A stretch of 64,000 nucleotides of DNA, taken from the NCBI GenBank assembly GCA_046536795.1, contig JAWDMB010000001.1:74449-138448 (forward strand). The letters run 5' to 3'. Every line of letters starts with the position of its first letter. Position 1 is the first letter of the stretch. The notes beneath the pieces were generated by a model. It was not told the DNA's origin, made no database searches, and saw only the letters and a program-made list of their open reading frames with translations. The position numbers and the translations under genes were made by a program. Below are positions 34,797 to 43,690 of the stretch, in pieces. This stretch comes from Candidatus Micrarchaeota archaeon. GTDB taxonomy: Archaea > Micrarchaeota > Micrarchaeia > Micrarchaeales > CABMGC01.

Positions 34797-35823
34797 ATGT
34801 ATATACAAGGGCAATAAATCCAAACAACTCAACAAACCATACTGTTGCGATTCGGAAGAATATTGTTATAACCGATGCAAGCCCAAAATCTATCTTGCTT
34901 CCGAAAAACGCAATAAGCTCGCTAATCATCGCACCATCAGTTACAGCAAGATTTGCAGGTATACCTGTTATCATTCCGAAAATGAGCGATGAAGAGTAGA
35001 TAAACAAGATTGTTGGTATATTTGCAACGCCAACATTTATTCCAAAGCTCAGTATTACAAAATACATGCTTAAACCATTTAGAAGCATAGAAGGTACAGT
35101 ATAAAGTATAGAGTACCAATAAGCGCTTCTCCCAAGCATCTTATTGTATCTAAAATACAGGTCTCCTACTTCGAAAAAGCTTTTTAAGCTCTCGAATTTG
35201 CTTAGCTTCGACTTTAAGTATGCAAAAGGCCTTTCATGGTAAAGAAAGACAAAAGGCAGAAGAAGTATCGCTGTTATTACTAATGAGATTGCAATATATT
35301 TATGAACAAAAAAAGCGAAGAAAATGCATATAATTGCAAACCCGAGGAAGTCGGTAAAAATATCAGCAACAACAGCAGGGAAAGTTTTGCTAAACCTTAC
35401 TTTTGCAAGCTTATTTATAGTATACGACACAACAGCCCTTCCCCATCTTCCTGGAGTTACATCCATCGAATACATGGAAAGGTAGATTGCAAAATTTTTT
35501 CTTCTTGGTATCTTTACTTTTAATTTTTTAAGATAATACTCCCATTTAGGAAACCTAAGCAAATAACCAGAGAATATCAGAAGCAGGGCTATTCCATAAT
35601 AAAAAAGATTTATAGATTCGATTGTTTGTAAAAATTTTGAAACCCCTTCACTAAGTATTGCACTTATAGCTATGAATCCAAATACAACTGCACTTCCAAT
35701 GAGTATGCTAACCAAAATATACTCTACCCTTTTTATCCTCTTTTTATAGTCAATCTCTGCCTCTATCTTTTCAATGCTTTTCAGGTTCAGGGCACCTTCT
35801 TCTTTTTTCTTTTTATTTTTCAA
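34780..35823 (-). CDS. polytopic membrane protein, UPF0104 / lysyl-PG-synthase-TM (flippase-like) type
   Basis: 347 aa, about 8 TM segments, with a basic N-terminus. The family was assigned from general architecture only. Confidence 0.4.
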   Translation of the reverse strand: MKNKKKKEEGALNLKSIEKIEAEIDYKKRIKRVEYILVSILIGSAVVFGFIAISAILSEGVSKFLQTIESINLFYYGIALLLIFSGYLLRFPKWEYYLKKLKVKIPRRKNFAIYLSMYSMDVTPGRWGRAVVSYTINKLAKVRFSKTFPAVVADIFTDFLGFAIICIFFAFFVHKYIAISLVITAILLLPFVFLYHERPFAYLKSKLSKFESLKSFFEVGDLYFRYNKMLGRSAYWYSILYTVPSMLLNGLSMYFVILSFGINVGVANIPTILFIYSSSLIFGMITGIPANLAVTDGAMISELIAFFGSKIDFGLASVITIFFRIATVWFVELFGFIALVYTFRYWR

Positions 35824-36802
35824 AGTGTATCAACCTCTTTGAAGCTATCTCTTCATTTCTTGATAAGAGTGCAACATTGCTAGGTTTGTGGTAGTCTGTA
35901 AAGATATAACCAGAGGCTTCTGCAATCTCTTTTGCAAAATTGATGATCTCTTCTTTACTAGGCATAAGCCCATAGCTTAAGCCCCTAGATGGGTTCCTTG
36001 CTCCACCAACAAAAACAAAACCCTTAACTTCTACATAATCAGGATTTCCTCTTTTTATTAGTTCCGCATAGCCCTTTGCATCAACAAGATTCAAGCCTCT
36101 GATGAGCGTAAGCCTAAATACGCGCCTAGTATTTAGTTTTGAGAAGACATCAAGGAACTCAAGAAAGTTTTCCCAGGCATGTGGTACCTTGGGCCTTGTA
36201 ACTTTTTCATAAACTTCTTTATTTGGTGCCTGCACCGAAACATAAAGCTGCGTTGGCAAAGTCTTCAATTTTTTAAGTGCTTCAGGTAGGGTTCCGTTTG
36301 TTACGAGGAAGGTGCTCATCTTCCTTTTATGAAACTCTTCGATGAGTTCGCTCATTTTAGGATAAAAGAGTGGCTCCCCTGTTAGACTAAACGTAACATG
36401 TGCCGGGTCATTTGCTTCTTCTAGCCTCTTTTTGTCAACCTTGTCGTTGCCCTTATAGCCTATAAGCATTTTTCTCTGTGCTTCAATAAGCCCATCCGCA
36501 ATATCTGATGGATTGTCCCATTCTGTAAAGTTCAATTCATTCCACTTCACTCCAACCTCTTCGGGTATTATTCTCCAACAGAAGACGCATGCAAGATCGC
36601 ATCCAAGCGCAGGTGTACTTTGTAAACAACGCCAGCTTCTTATTCCATAGAACTGGTTTTTGTAGCATGTTGTGCCATTTTTTAAGCTACTTATAGTGTA
36701 GTTGCATAGCTTCGCTGCTGAGTGCTTCCCAACAAAATGATAGCCTTGCTTCTTCATCATCAATTTTAACTTTTCCGGTATATTTGGTGTGCTTTCAAGC
36801 AT
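35813..36802 (-). CDS. taw1: tRNA 4-demethylwyosine synthase (Taw1/TYW1, radical SAM)
   Basis: 329 aa. GYHFVGKHSAAKLCNYT..CYKNQFYGI..RCLQSTP..CDLACVFCWR is the TYW1 pattern with its radical-SAM cluster motif. Confidence 0.85.
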   Translation of the reverse strand: MLESTPNIPEKLKLMMKKQGYHFVGKHSAAKLCNYTISSLKNGTTCYKNQFYGIRSWRCLQSTPALGCDLACVFCWRIIPEEVGVKWNELNFTEWDNPSDIADGLIEAQRKMLIGYKGNDKVDKKRLEEANDPAHVTFSLTGEPLFYPKMSELIEEFHKRKMSTFLVTNGTLPEALKKLKTLPTQLYVSVQAPNKEVYEKVTRPKVPHAWENFLEFLDVFSKLNTRRVFRLTLIRGLNLVDAKGYAELIKRGNPDYVEVKGFVFVGGARNPSRGLSYGLMPSKEEIINFAKEIAEASGYIFTDYHKPSNVALLSRNEEIASKRLIHFEK

Positions 36803-36884
36803 TTTCTCACTTAAAAATTTATATTTTTGATAATTTATAAACTTACATTATTATTTATTGCGATACTATATCTAAATCTGGTTA

Positions 36885-38054
36885 TTGATCTTTATGCTGA
36901 AACTTAAGTTCTTAAATAAAAAAGAGATAATTGCAGCAGATCAGTCTACGAAAGATATTTTGAAGAGTGGATTTTTTGGCTACGAGAGAGAGGGCAATCT
37001 TTTTCTGCTTCCGGAAGAAGCACTATATTTAGTAGATATAAGAAATGCAGAATGCGAATTTAGAGGCAAAATCCTAAGCTTTGATGAGGTTGCTGAGATC
37101 TTCAGAAAGAAGAAAAAACTGATGGCAAGCTATTTTGCATATAAAGATTGGCGCGAGCGTGGATTGGTTGCAAAACCTTACAATACAGTATACAAAAAGC
37201 CCGATATAACCCCTATCAAGAAGTATCCTTCTTCATCTATAGAGCTGCCAAAATGGACCGCCGATGGGGTTTTCTTCCCAGATGATCTTGTTACAATAGT
37301 GAAAGAGCCTGATAAAGGAAGAGAACTTTATGAAAAATTCTGGCTTGGCCAATTTGGCTCATATAAAGCCCCTGAAAAAGGCAAGCTAAATAAATTGGAT
37401 ATATATGAGACAGTATTCCTTATGGAGCACAAGAAACTTATGATAAACGATTACGACATAAAAGAAATCATTAATTATGCAAAAAAGAGGAGGAAAGAAT
37501 TTCCTATGCTCTACCAAGTGTATAAGGATTGGCGAGAAAACGGTTATATAGTTAAGACAGGATTTAAGTTTGGTACACATTTCAGAATTTATTTCCCCGG
37601 AGCGAGGCCCGGATTAAATACAGCAAAGAATGAATGGGCGCATTCTAAGCACGTGCTTCACGTTTTTCCAAAGGATTCAAAACTTCTAATCTCTGAATGG
37701 GCCAGGGCGATAAGAGTAGCGCATTCTGTAAGAAAGACATTTATACTCGCAATACCTGGCGAGGTGGAAGAGAAAGAAACAGAAATAAACTATATACTTT
37801 ACCACAGGCACGGCGGCGAGGCGGATAATCCAGAACGTGATAAGCCAAAATATGCAATGCTATCACTAGGAGAAGAAGAGCAGATAGGTGGGAGGGAGCT
37901 CGCGGGTGCGATCAAGAAGGCTAAGGATTCAAAGCTTGAGCTTATAATAGCGATTGCTGACAGAGAAACAGCAATAACATATTACAAAGTTAGGCAGATA
38001 CTTTTACCTAAAAGTGGGCACGAATATTACGAAATAGACTGGTTCCAACCATGA
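36885..38054 (+). CDS. endA: tRNA-splicing endonuclease, three-unit (epsilon2-like) architecture
   Basis: 389 aa. Unit 1 is N-domain-like and ends in YFAYKDWRERGLVAKP. Unit 2 is a complete catalytic unit (YQVYKDWRENGYIVKTGFKFGTHFRIY ... AHSKHVLHV ... AHSVRK). Unit 3 is C-domain-like (res ~295-389). The start may instead be Met4. Confidence 0.85.
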   Translation: MIFMLKLKFLNKKEIIAADQSTKDILKSGFFGYEREGNLFLLPEEALYLVDIRNAECEFRGKILSFDEVAEIFRKKKKLMASYFAYKDWRERGLVAKPYNTVYKKPDITPIKKYPSSSIELPKWTADGVFFPDDLVTIVKEPDKGRELYEKFWLGQFGSYKAPEKGKLNKLDIYETVFLMEHKKLMINDYDIKEIINYAKKRRKEFPMLYQVYKDWRENGYIVKTGFKFGTHFRIYFPGARPGLNTAKNEWAHSKHVLHVFPKDSKLLISEWARAIRVAHSVRKTFILAIPGEVEEKETEINYILYHRHGGEADNPERDKPKYAMLSLGEEEQIGGRELAGAIKKAKDSKLELIIAIADRETAITYYKVRQILLPKSGHEYYEIDWFQP

Positions 38055-38200
38055 AATCCTTATGTTTATGTGGCTCTCTGTTATGCATTCAGTGTTGAAG
38101 CCCTTTGCAGGTTGGTCAGATGTATTCCACTAAATTTGCCCTTCTTAAAGGTTTATAAGCATTTATCTTTAATTAATACTTAGGCGACAGTGGTGTTAAA

Positions 38201-38479
38201 ATGAAACTATCTGAATTGTACCATATGGATATATATAGCGATGCGGGCCAGTATCTTGGAGACGTGCAAGGCATAATCTTAGATCTTGAAAAGAGCGAGA
38301 TAAGCAGGCTTCTCATGGTGCCATGGAAGAGCATGAAAGGGGACCCAAAGAATATATTGAGGACAAAAAGTGTTCTATATAAGAATGTGAAGAATGTTGG
38401 CGATGTTGTATTGGTTTCAGCAAGCCCTTCGCAGCAGGAGCAAGCTTCAAAAGAAGAAATAAACGACCTGACAAGGTAA
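38201..38479 (+). CDS. small PRC-barrel domain protein (paralog of 914..1147)
   Basis: 92 aa. LSELYHMDIYSDAGQYLGDVQGIILDLEKSEISRLL and ..VLYKNVKNVGDVVLVS parallel the 914..1147 product. Confidence 0.6.
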   Translation: MKLSELYHMDIYSDAGQYLGDVQGIILDLEKSEISRLLMVPWKSMKGDPKNILRTKSVLYKNVKNVGDVVLVSASPSQQEQASKEEINDLTR

Positions 38480-38482
38480 TTT

Positions 38483-39022
38483 CTATTTTATTACTTTCGG
38501 TTTGAATACTCCTTTCTGCCCGCTGTAGCTCCCTTTATACGTATTTTTCACTCTATTCATAGTTACTGCAAATATTATATGTGCAAACCTTAGCCTTGGT
38601 CTAAGCTTTATCTTGTATATAGAAGCATTATAAACCTCGAGCGTTATAGTGCCTTCAAATCCTGCATCTATTATTGTGGGTGGCATAATTAAACCATGTC
38701 TTGCCCAGGTGCTACGAAGTTCTACAAATCCTATAAGGTTATCAGGCATTTTTAAATATTCTATAGTAGAAAGCAAAACTTGCTCTTTTGGCTGCAGAAT
38801 TATCTCCTTTTTATTTTTCTCTATTATATACTCGTTTTCTATATCCTCTTTTTTAGACGGATCAACAACAAAATCTTCGCTTAGCATTGGGTTGTGGTAG
38901 CCTACTTCGTTGGCGAGTCTCAAATCAACACCATTCTCCCTTATTATCTCCTTATCGAACGGCTTTATAACGAGCCTCTTTTCTTTCAGCATATTTTCAA
39001 GATCAAAATCCGAGAGTATCAT
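38483..39022 (-). CDS. dcd: dCTP deaminase (Dcd / dUTPase superfamily)
   Basis: 179 aa. MILSDFDL..., NGVDLRL and VELRSTWARHGL are typical of Dcd. Confidence 0.85.
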   Translation of the reverse strand: MILSDFDLENMLKEKRLVIKPFDKEIIRENGVDLRLANEVGYHNPMLSEDFVVDPSKKEDIENEYIIEKNKKEIILQPKEQVLLSTIEYLKMPDNLIGFVELRSTWARHGLIMPPTIIDAGFEGTITLEVYNASIYKIKLRPRLRFAHIIFAVTMNRVKNTYKGSYSGQKGVFKPKVIK

Positions 39023-39085
39023 AAAACCACAGATTCTTTTTGATAAAACATTAATAAATTCTTTTGCATATATCTTTTAGATTGA

Positions 39086-39676
39086 ATGAAAAGTGGACTG
39101 TTTATCGCATTCGAAGGATTAGACGGTGCCGGTAGCACAACGCAAGCTTATTTGCTAGAACAATACCTCAAACAGAAAAATAAAGTTCTTCTCACAAAGG
39201 AGCCAACACAGAACATAATAGGTGGTATAATAAGGGCTGTATTAAAAGGTGATCTAAAGCTATCGTCTCAAACATTGCAGCTTCTTTTTGCAGCGGATAG
39301 GGCAAACCATCTTGAAAAAGAAATATTACCAGCGCTTAAGAAGGGCTTTATAGTAATAAGTGATAGATACTTGTTTTCATCCGTGGCATATGGTGCATCG
39401 GCAGGCTTAGATAGAGAATGGCTACTTAAGATAAACGAGAAGTTTAGAATGCCAGATATTACAATATTTTTAGATGTAAAACCAGAAACGTGTATAAAGA
39501 GGATAAGTGAAAGTAGGTTCAACTTTGAACTTTTTGAGCAAGAGGAAAAGCTTAGGAAAGTAAGGGAAGAATATCTGGCACTCGCAGAAAAGTTCAGTTT
39601 CAAGGTAATAAATGGCGAGAGTTCAATAAAAGCAACGCATAAAAAGGTTTTAGAGATAATTAAAAAATACCTTTGA
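39086..39676 (+). CDS. tmk: thymidylate kinase
   Basis: 196 aa. FIAFEGLDGAGSTTQ P-loop and the DRY motif (ISDRYLFSS). Confidence 0.9.
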   Translation: MKSGLFIAFEGLDGAGSTTQAYLLEQYLKQKNKVLLTKEPTQNIIGGIIRAVLKGDLKLSSQTLQLLFAADRANHLEKEILPALKKGFIVISDRYLFSSVAYGASAGLDREWLLKINEKFRMPDITIFLDVKPETCIKRISESRFNFELFEQEEKLRKVREEYLALAEKFSFKVINGESSIKATHKKVLEIIKKYL

Positions 39677-39679
39677 TTT

Positions 39680-39754
39680 GCTCCTGTCGTCTAGTCCGGC
39701 CAAGGACGCGGGGCTTTCAACCCTGCAACTCGGGTTCAAATCCCGACGGGAGCA
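39680..39754 (+). tRNA. tRNA-Glu (anticodon TTC)
   Basis: Acceptor GCTCCTG/CGGGAGC with one G:U pair. Anticodon stem CGGGG/CCCTG, loop CTTTCAA. T-arm TCGGG-TTCAAAT-CCCGA. Starts 3 nt after the tmk stop. Confidence 0.9.
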
Positions 39755-39869
39755 CCTCGGTAATTGGTTCGAATCCCATAAGAGATATTGTTCGTCTGGG
39801 GGCCTTCGGTTCAAAACAGCAAAGCGAAAGAGATATTAATCTATCCTGCGTTGTGTAATCAGTGATTTT

Positions 39870-40253
39870 ATGTCTGCCTTGAAGGTAGTGGAGACAAAAG
39901 GGCCTGAGATTGAGAGATTTGAAATTGTAGAGGATTTGCTACCATTACACCCAGATATACTATCCATGAAGGACGTTGCACGAAATACCCCCTCAATGCT
40001 TTCGGCTAACACCGAGACAAAAATGGAGCGGTTAAATAGATTTCAAATGAGTCTTTCCGAGGTTGTTTCTCTTATTATGAAAAACGAAATAGAAAAAGCG
40101 CATGCAGTTTACAAAGAAGCTTGCGCTGCTTTCTTTTCACAAGAAGGAGCATTTATATACGACAAAAACAAAGACGCATTTGATTATGTAAACAATCACT
40201 TTGAAGAGTTTGCAAAATGGCTTTTATCTAATTGGAATAAAGCCAAGCAATAA
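39870..40253 (+). CDS. hypothetical protein (127 aa, helical)
   Basis: ORF only. No motif recognised. Confidence 0.4.
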   Translation: MSALKVVETKGPEIERFEIVEDLLPLHPDILSMKDVARNTPSMLSANTETKMERLNRFQMSLSEVVSLIMKNEIEKAHAVYKEACAAFFSQEGAFIYDKNKDAFDYVNNHFEEFAKWLLSNWNKAKQ

Positions 40254-40394
40254 TCGCGACGCACACTTTGGCTTCATTTTCTTATTTCTTTTGTTGCTTG
40301 AGGCGCAAACTTATAAAATAGCAGCCTAAGAGCCATTTGTCTTCTTTGTACACTTTTCCTAGCACAACCTTAACCTTTCTTCTTAAAATGCATT

Positions 40395-41408
40395 CTAGTT
40401 TTTAGCACTATTAGTATTCTGATAGTTTAGTTTTACCGCCTTTTTAATCCCAAGGTAATAAGAGATGATGCCTATTACCCCCACTACTACAACAACAAGA
40501 AAGAATCCAATACCTAGATTGTGTAGATTGTGAATCTTTATTCCTGTTTGAATGCCCAAATTTGTAATTTGTGGGAAAGCAAGTATTAAAGCACCTGCAA
40601 TTACAAATGCTATGCCGCCATAGAAGAGAATGTTTTTGCTTATATATTTAGATACAAATGCGATGCCTTCTTTTGACAAATTTTTCTTTTTTGACAAGAA
40701 GGCGCCAAAAAACGCACCAAAGGCAATCTGCGTAACCATAGTGCCTATACCAAACAAAAAGCCAGGAAGCCACGCAACATACATGTTAGGCATAGCAGGC
40801 ACCATGACTGTGTAGAGTATTAGCGCGAATGCACCAAAACCAAAGCCTGCAATAAGTCCATGGAGAAATGCAAGCCTTAAAGGCACTTCTTTTAGCTGTT
40901 GCAAAGCATCATTTGAGTCAAGTGGGTTAAGTTCGTGTTCAAATTCTCTCTTCTGTTGCTCACTATCTTTTTTGTGAACGCCAAAAAGTTCACCAAGTTT
41001 TTCTTCTATGTAATGCCAATGGACATATTTGTTGTGTGTTGATAGGTAAAAGCCTGCGCCTGCCATGGCTACACCAACAGCAATATATGTTACGCCAAAA
41101 GCCAAGGTTGTTGTAAATATTGCAACAAGTGCAAAGTATGCTAGCTCAGAAAGCAAGGCTCTTTGCAAAGTAAATCCACTTGAGAATATAAGTCCAGCCT
41201 TTGCTCCCTTCTTTGTACTGTAGCTCCCTACCGCATAAGAGAAAGTTATCGGCCACGTATGCTCATCTGGAGTTATACCATGAACTATGCCAAGTAAGAA
41301 AGAAAGGATAAGTGCCTCTACAAAAGTCACATTTGTCGGATTCCACAGATTGATCTGGATATCTAGCACAGTCAACAGATTATAAAGAAGTGGTAACATA
41401 ATGATCAA
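40395..41408 (-). CDS. putative divalent-metal transporter (RcnA/NicO-like two-half architecture)
   Basis: 337 aa. Two TM bundles carry HGITPDEHTW and FLHGLIAGFG, separated by a His/Asp/Glu-rich loop. Translationally coupled (ATGA overlap) to a DtxR-family repressor gene. Confidence 0.4.
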   Translation of the reverse strand: MIIMLPLLYNLLTVLDIQINLWNPTNVTFVEALILSFLLGIVHGITPDEHTWPITFSYAVGSYSTKKGAKAGLIFSSGFTLQRALLSELAYFALVAIFTTTLAFGVTYIAVGVAMAGAGFYLSTHNKYVHWHYIEEKLGELFGVHKKDSEQQKREFEHELNPLDSNDALQQLKEVPLRLAFLHGLIAGFGFGAFALILYTVMVPAMPNMYVAWLPGFLFGIGTMVTQIAFGAFFGAFLSKKKNLSKEGIAFVSKYISKNILFYGGIAFVIAGALILAFPQITNLGIQTGIKIHNLHNLGIGFFLVVVVVGVIGIISYYLGIKKAVKLNYQNTNSAKN

Positions 41409-41800
41409 TTAACAAATATGGGCTTACCGTGCGGGCATATTTTAGGATTTCCAATAAACTTGAGCAATGGCTTCGCACAATTTGTGTCAAGCAGATAATC
41501 TACTTTTTGGGCTTCTTTGCATGCAGTGTTTGCTGATACGCCTGCTTTATTTAGTAGCGTTTCAAAACATCTATGCATCATTATTATATCTCTATATGTG
41601 CTTTTCCCTTTCTGTGTAGTTATTATGCTGCCTCTGTTTTCTTCTATAAGCCCTTTTCTTTTAAGTCTCATGACTAAATTATATGCTGTTGGGGGTTGAA
41701 CTTGCAATTTCTTTGCAATATCAATAAGCCTCGGTGGAAAGTCTGATTCAAATTCGTTTATTAACACTAAACAGTCTCTTTCTTTTTTCGTTAGCTCCAT
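41405..41800 (-). CDS. DtxR/MntR-family metal-dependent transcriptional repressor
   Basis: The wHTH (LIDIAKKLQVQPPTAYNLVMRLKRKGLIE) and the following dimerisation and metal-site helices are DtxR-like. I prefer Met18 (MELTKKERD, nt 41800) as the start. Confidence 0.7.
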   Translation of the reverse strand: MELTKKERDCLVLINEFESDFPPRLIDIAKKLQVQPPTAYNLVMRLKRKGLIEENRGSIITTQKGKSTYRDIIMMHRCFETLLNKAGVSANTACKEAQKVDYLLDTNCAKPLLKFIGNPKICPHGKPIFVN

Positions 41801-41844
41801 AATTATATATTGCAAGCAAAAATATTTATATATTACTAATAAAA

Positions 41845-41859
41845 TTAGCATAATGCTAA
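41845..41859. promoter_or_regulatory. candidate DtxR/MntR-type operator palindrome TTAGCA-N3-TGCTAA
   Basis: Perfect 6-3-6 inverted repeat ~45 nt upstream of the repressor start (41800), beside an AT-rich TATA-like run. TTAG..CTAA half-sites recall DtxR/IdeR boxes. Confidence 0.35.
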
Positions 41860-42064
41860 ATTCAGGTTCTCCTCTTTGAAAAATGTCCTCCGAATTTGTC
41901 CTTTTAATCTTTTTGATTTATATAATGTTCCAAATATGCCTTTGCATAATTGCTGATTGAGGATTGCAAGATATCCAAGGAAAAGAATATAGTTCTGTAG
42001 TTCGATGGTCATAAGGAAATGTAATTTTATTTTTGCATGCATTAAAACTCTACTAAGCAAAGTG

Positions 42065-43297
42065 ATGCTAGTGCTCGAGAAGATAAGTGAACAAATAGTT
42101 GTTAAAGAAGCCTCAAGATTTTTATTAAATAATAATCTAGCCAATGGCACAGTACCAACTTATAAAGGCAAAGCAGAAATGCTTTATGTGCACATACCTT
42201 TTTGTAGAACTCTTTGTCCTTTCTGCAGTTTTAATAGGGAATTATACAAACCAGAGCGACTGAAATATTATTTTAATCTTTTGGAAAAAGAGATAAATCT
42301 CTATTACGATGTTGGATACGATTTTAACAGCGTTTATATAGGCGGCGGAACCCCAACAGTAGATTTTGACAAGATAATAGAACTTATCGAATACATAAAA
42401 GAAAGATTTCATATTAATGATATATCTATCGAGTCCACAGTTAGAGAGCTTAACGAAAGCAAAATAAACGAATTATATAGGGTGGGCGTTAAGCGCCTCT
42501 CGATAGGCATACAAACATTTGACCAAGAGCTATCAAAAAAGATAGGCAGGGCATGGCAGGACAAGGAAGAAGCCATAAGCATAATAAAGATTGCAAACAA
42601 AAAGTTCGATACTTTAAATGTTGACCTCATCTTTAATCTTCCATCTCAGTCTATAAGCACATTTGAGAATGACCTCTCGCTTCTAATCGAGAATAAGGTA
42701 AAACAAATAACGGCATATCCGCTTATGCCGTCAATTTATTCATATTTATTCAAAAATATAGATAGAAGAAGAGAGAAAAATTTTTACAATACATTTATGC
42801 GTATAATGGATGAAAACCACTATAATCCATCCACACCATGGTGCTATTCTATAAGCGATGGCAAGATGATAGATGAATATATAACAAAGTATGACTACTA
42901 TATTGGCGTTGGCACAAGTAGTATAAGCTACATAGATGAAAAATTCCTGCTTAATACATTCTCGATAGAGAAATACGCAGCGCTCTTAGAGAAAGGGCTT
43001 ATTCCAAGCATAATTGTGAAAGAGATTAATAAAGGAGATTCTGAAAAGTTCTATTTTTTGAATAGGCTCTTTGCTCTTAAAATCAGCAAATCAGATTTTA
43101 AGAAAAGATATGGAGAAGATATTAGGGTTTCTTTGGCTCCTTTAATATATCTACTGCGTCTTTTTGGGATTATCGGTGAAAATAAAGATTTTATATATTT
43201 AAAGCGAAAAGGATTCTATCTTGTTGGCAATGCAATGCGAGCATTCTTTTCTGTTTTGGATACCTTAAGGGAAGAGTTTAGGAAGAAACAAATATAA
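42065..43297 (+). CDS. radical SAM protein, HemN/HemW (oxygen-independent coproporphyrinogen oxidase-like) family
   Basis: LYVHIPFCRTLCPFCSF cluster motif, IGGGTPT and RLSIGIQTF. I prefer the ATG at 42065, which has a TATA-like box ~30 nt upstream. The ORF track starts at 42005. Confidence 0.75.
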   Translation: MLVLEKISEQIVVKEASRFLLNNNLANGTVPTYKGKAEMLYVHIPFCRTLCPFCSFNRELYKPERLKYYFNLLEKEINLYYDVGYDFNSVYIGGGTPTVDFDKIIELIEYIKERFHINDISIESTVRELNESKINELYRVGVKRLSIGIQTFDQELSKKIGRAWQDKEEAISIIKIANKKFDTLNVDLIFNLPSQSISTFENDLSLLIENKVKQITAYPLMPSIYSYLFKNIDRRREKNFYNTFMRIMDENHYNPSTPWCYSISDGKMIDEYITKYDYYIGVGTSSISYIDEKFLLNTFSIEKYAALLEKGLIPSIIVKEINKGDSEKFYFLNRLFALKISKSDFKKRYGEDIRVSLAPLIYLLRLFGIIGENKDFIYLKRKGFYLVGNAMRAFFSVLDTLREEFRKKQI

Positions 43298-43329
43298 TTT
43301 TAGTTTTACGCTATTATATTTGTGGTTCG

Positions 43330-43671
43330 ATGTCAAAGCATTATAACCTTGATGATATACTAGATGATCTCAATGCAAAAGAAGCAAGAGAGGTGCAAAA
43401 GCAAAGTACTGAACAAGCAAGCAAGTTAAAGATCGGCGAAGTAGAAAATTATTTTTCAAAAATAAGTGTTGCAGCGGTGAGGCTCACCGGCCCACTCGCT
43501 TTGGGTGATATAATAGAAATAGGGAACGAAGAGAATGCGATAAGGCAAAAGGTTGAGAGTATGCAGATAGACAGAAAGGATGTAAGCATTGCAAAGGAAG
43601 GGGATTCGGTCGGTATTTTAGTTAGATGCAAGGTCAACAAAGGAGAGGAAGTATATAAAATAGTAAAATGA
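43330..43671 (+). CDS. hypothetical protein with EF-Tu domain-2-like beta-barrel
   Basis: 113 aa. IGEVENYFSKISVAAVRLTGPLALGDIIEI...MQIDRKDVSIAKEGDSVGILV resembles the translation-protein beta-barrel. Confidence 0.45.
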   Translation: MSKHYNLDDILDDLNAKEAREVQKQSTEQASKLKIGEVENYFSKISVAAVRLTGPLALGDIIEIGNEENAIRQKVESMQIDRKDVSIAKEGDSVGILVRCKVNKGEEVYKIVK

Positions 43672-43690
43672 TAGTATTAAATATTCGTTA

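Noticed and set aside
36884-36962. Apparent 1-nt frame discrepancy at a T-run (about 36957..36961) in the first 25 codons of endA. By my manual count of the printed sequence, TTG-ATC-TTT-ATG begins at 36884 and the run has five T, which would put the N-terminus out of frame with the rest.
   Set aside because: The supplied ORF track reads straight through from 36885 with a contiguous 389-aa product. All other coordinates I checked agree with the track. A hand-count error in a homopolymer is the more likely explanation. Recounting the T-run computationally would settle it; I do not claim a frameshift.
39673-39858. 61-aa ORF in the track covering tRNA-Glu and its downstream spacer. The same applies to the 161-aa and 88-aa minus-strand ORFs 29061..29546 and 29159..29425 over tfe and tRNA-iMet.
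   Set aside because: They overlap well-supported tRNA and tfe genes and have no start context or recognisable motifs. They are by-products of open frames across structured RNA or antisense to a real CDS.
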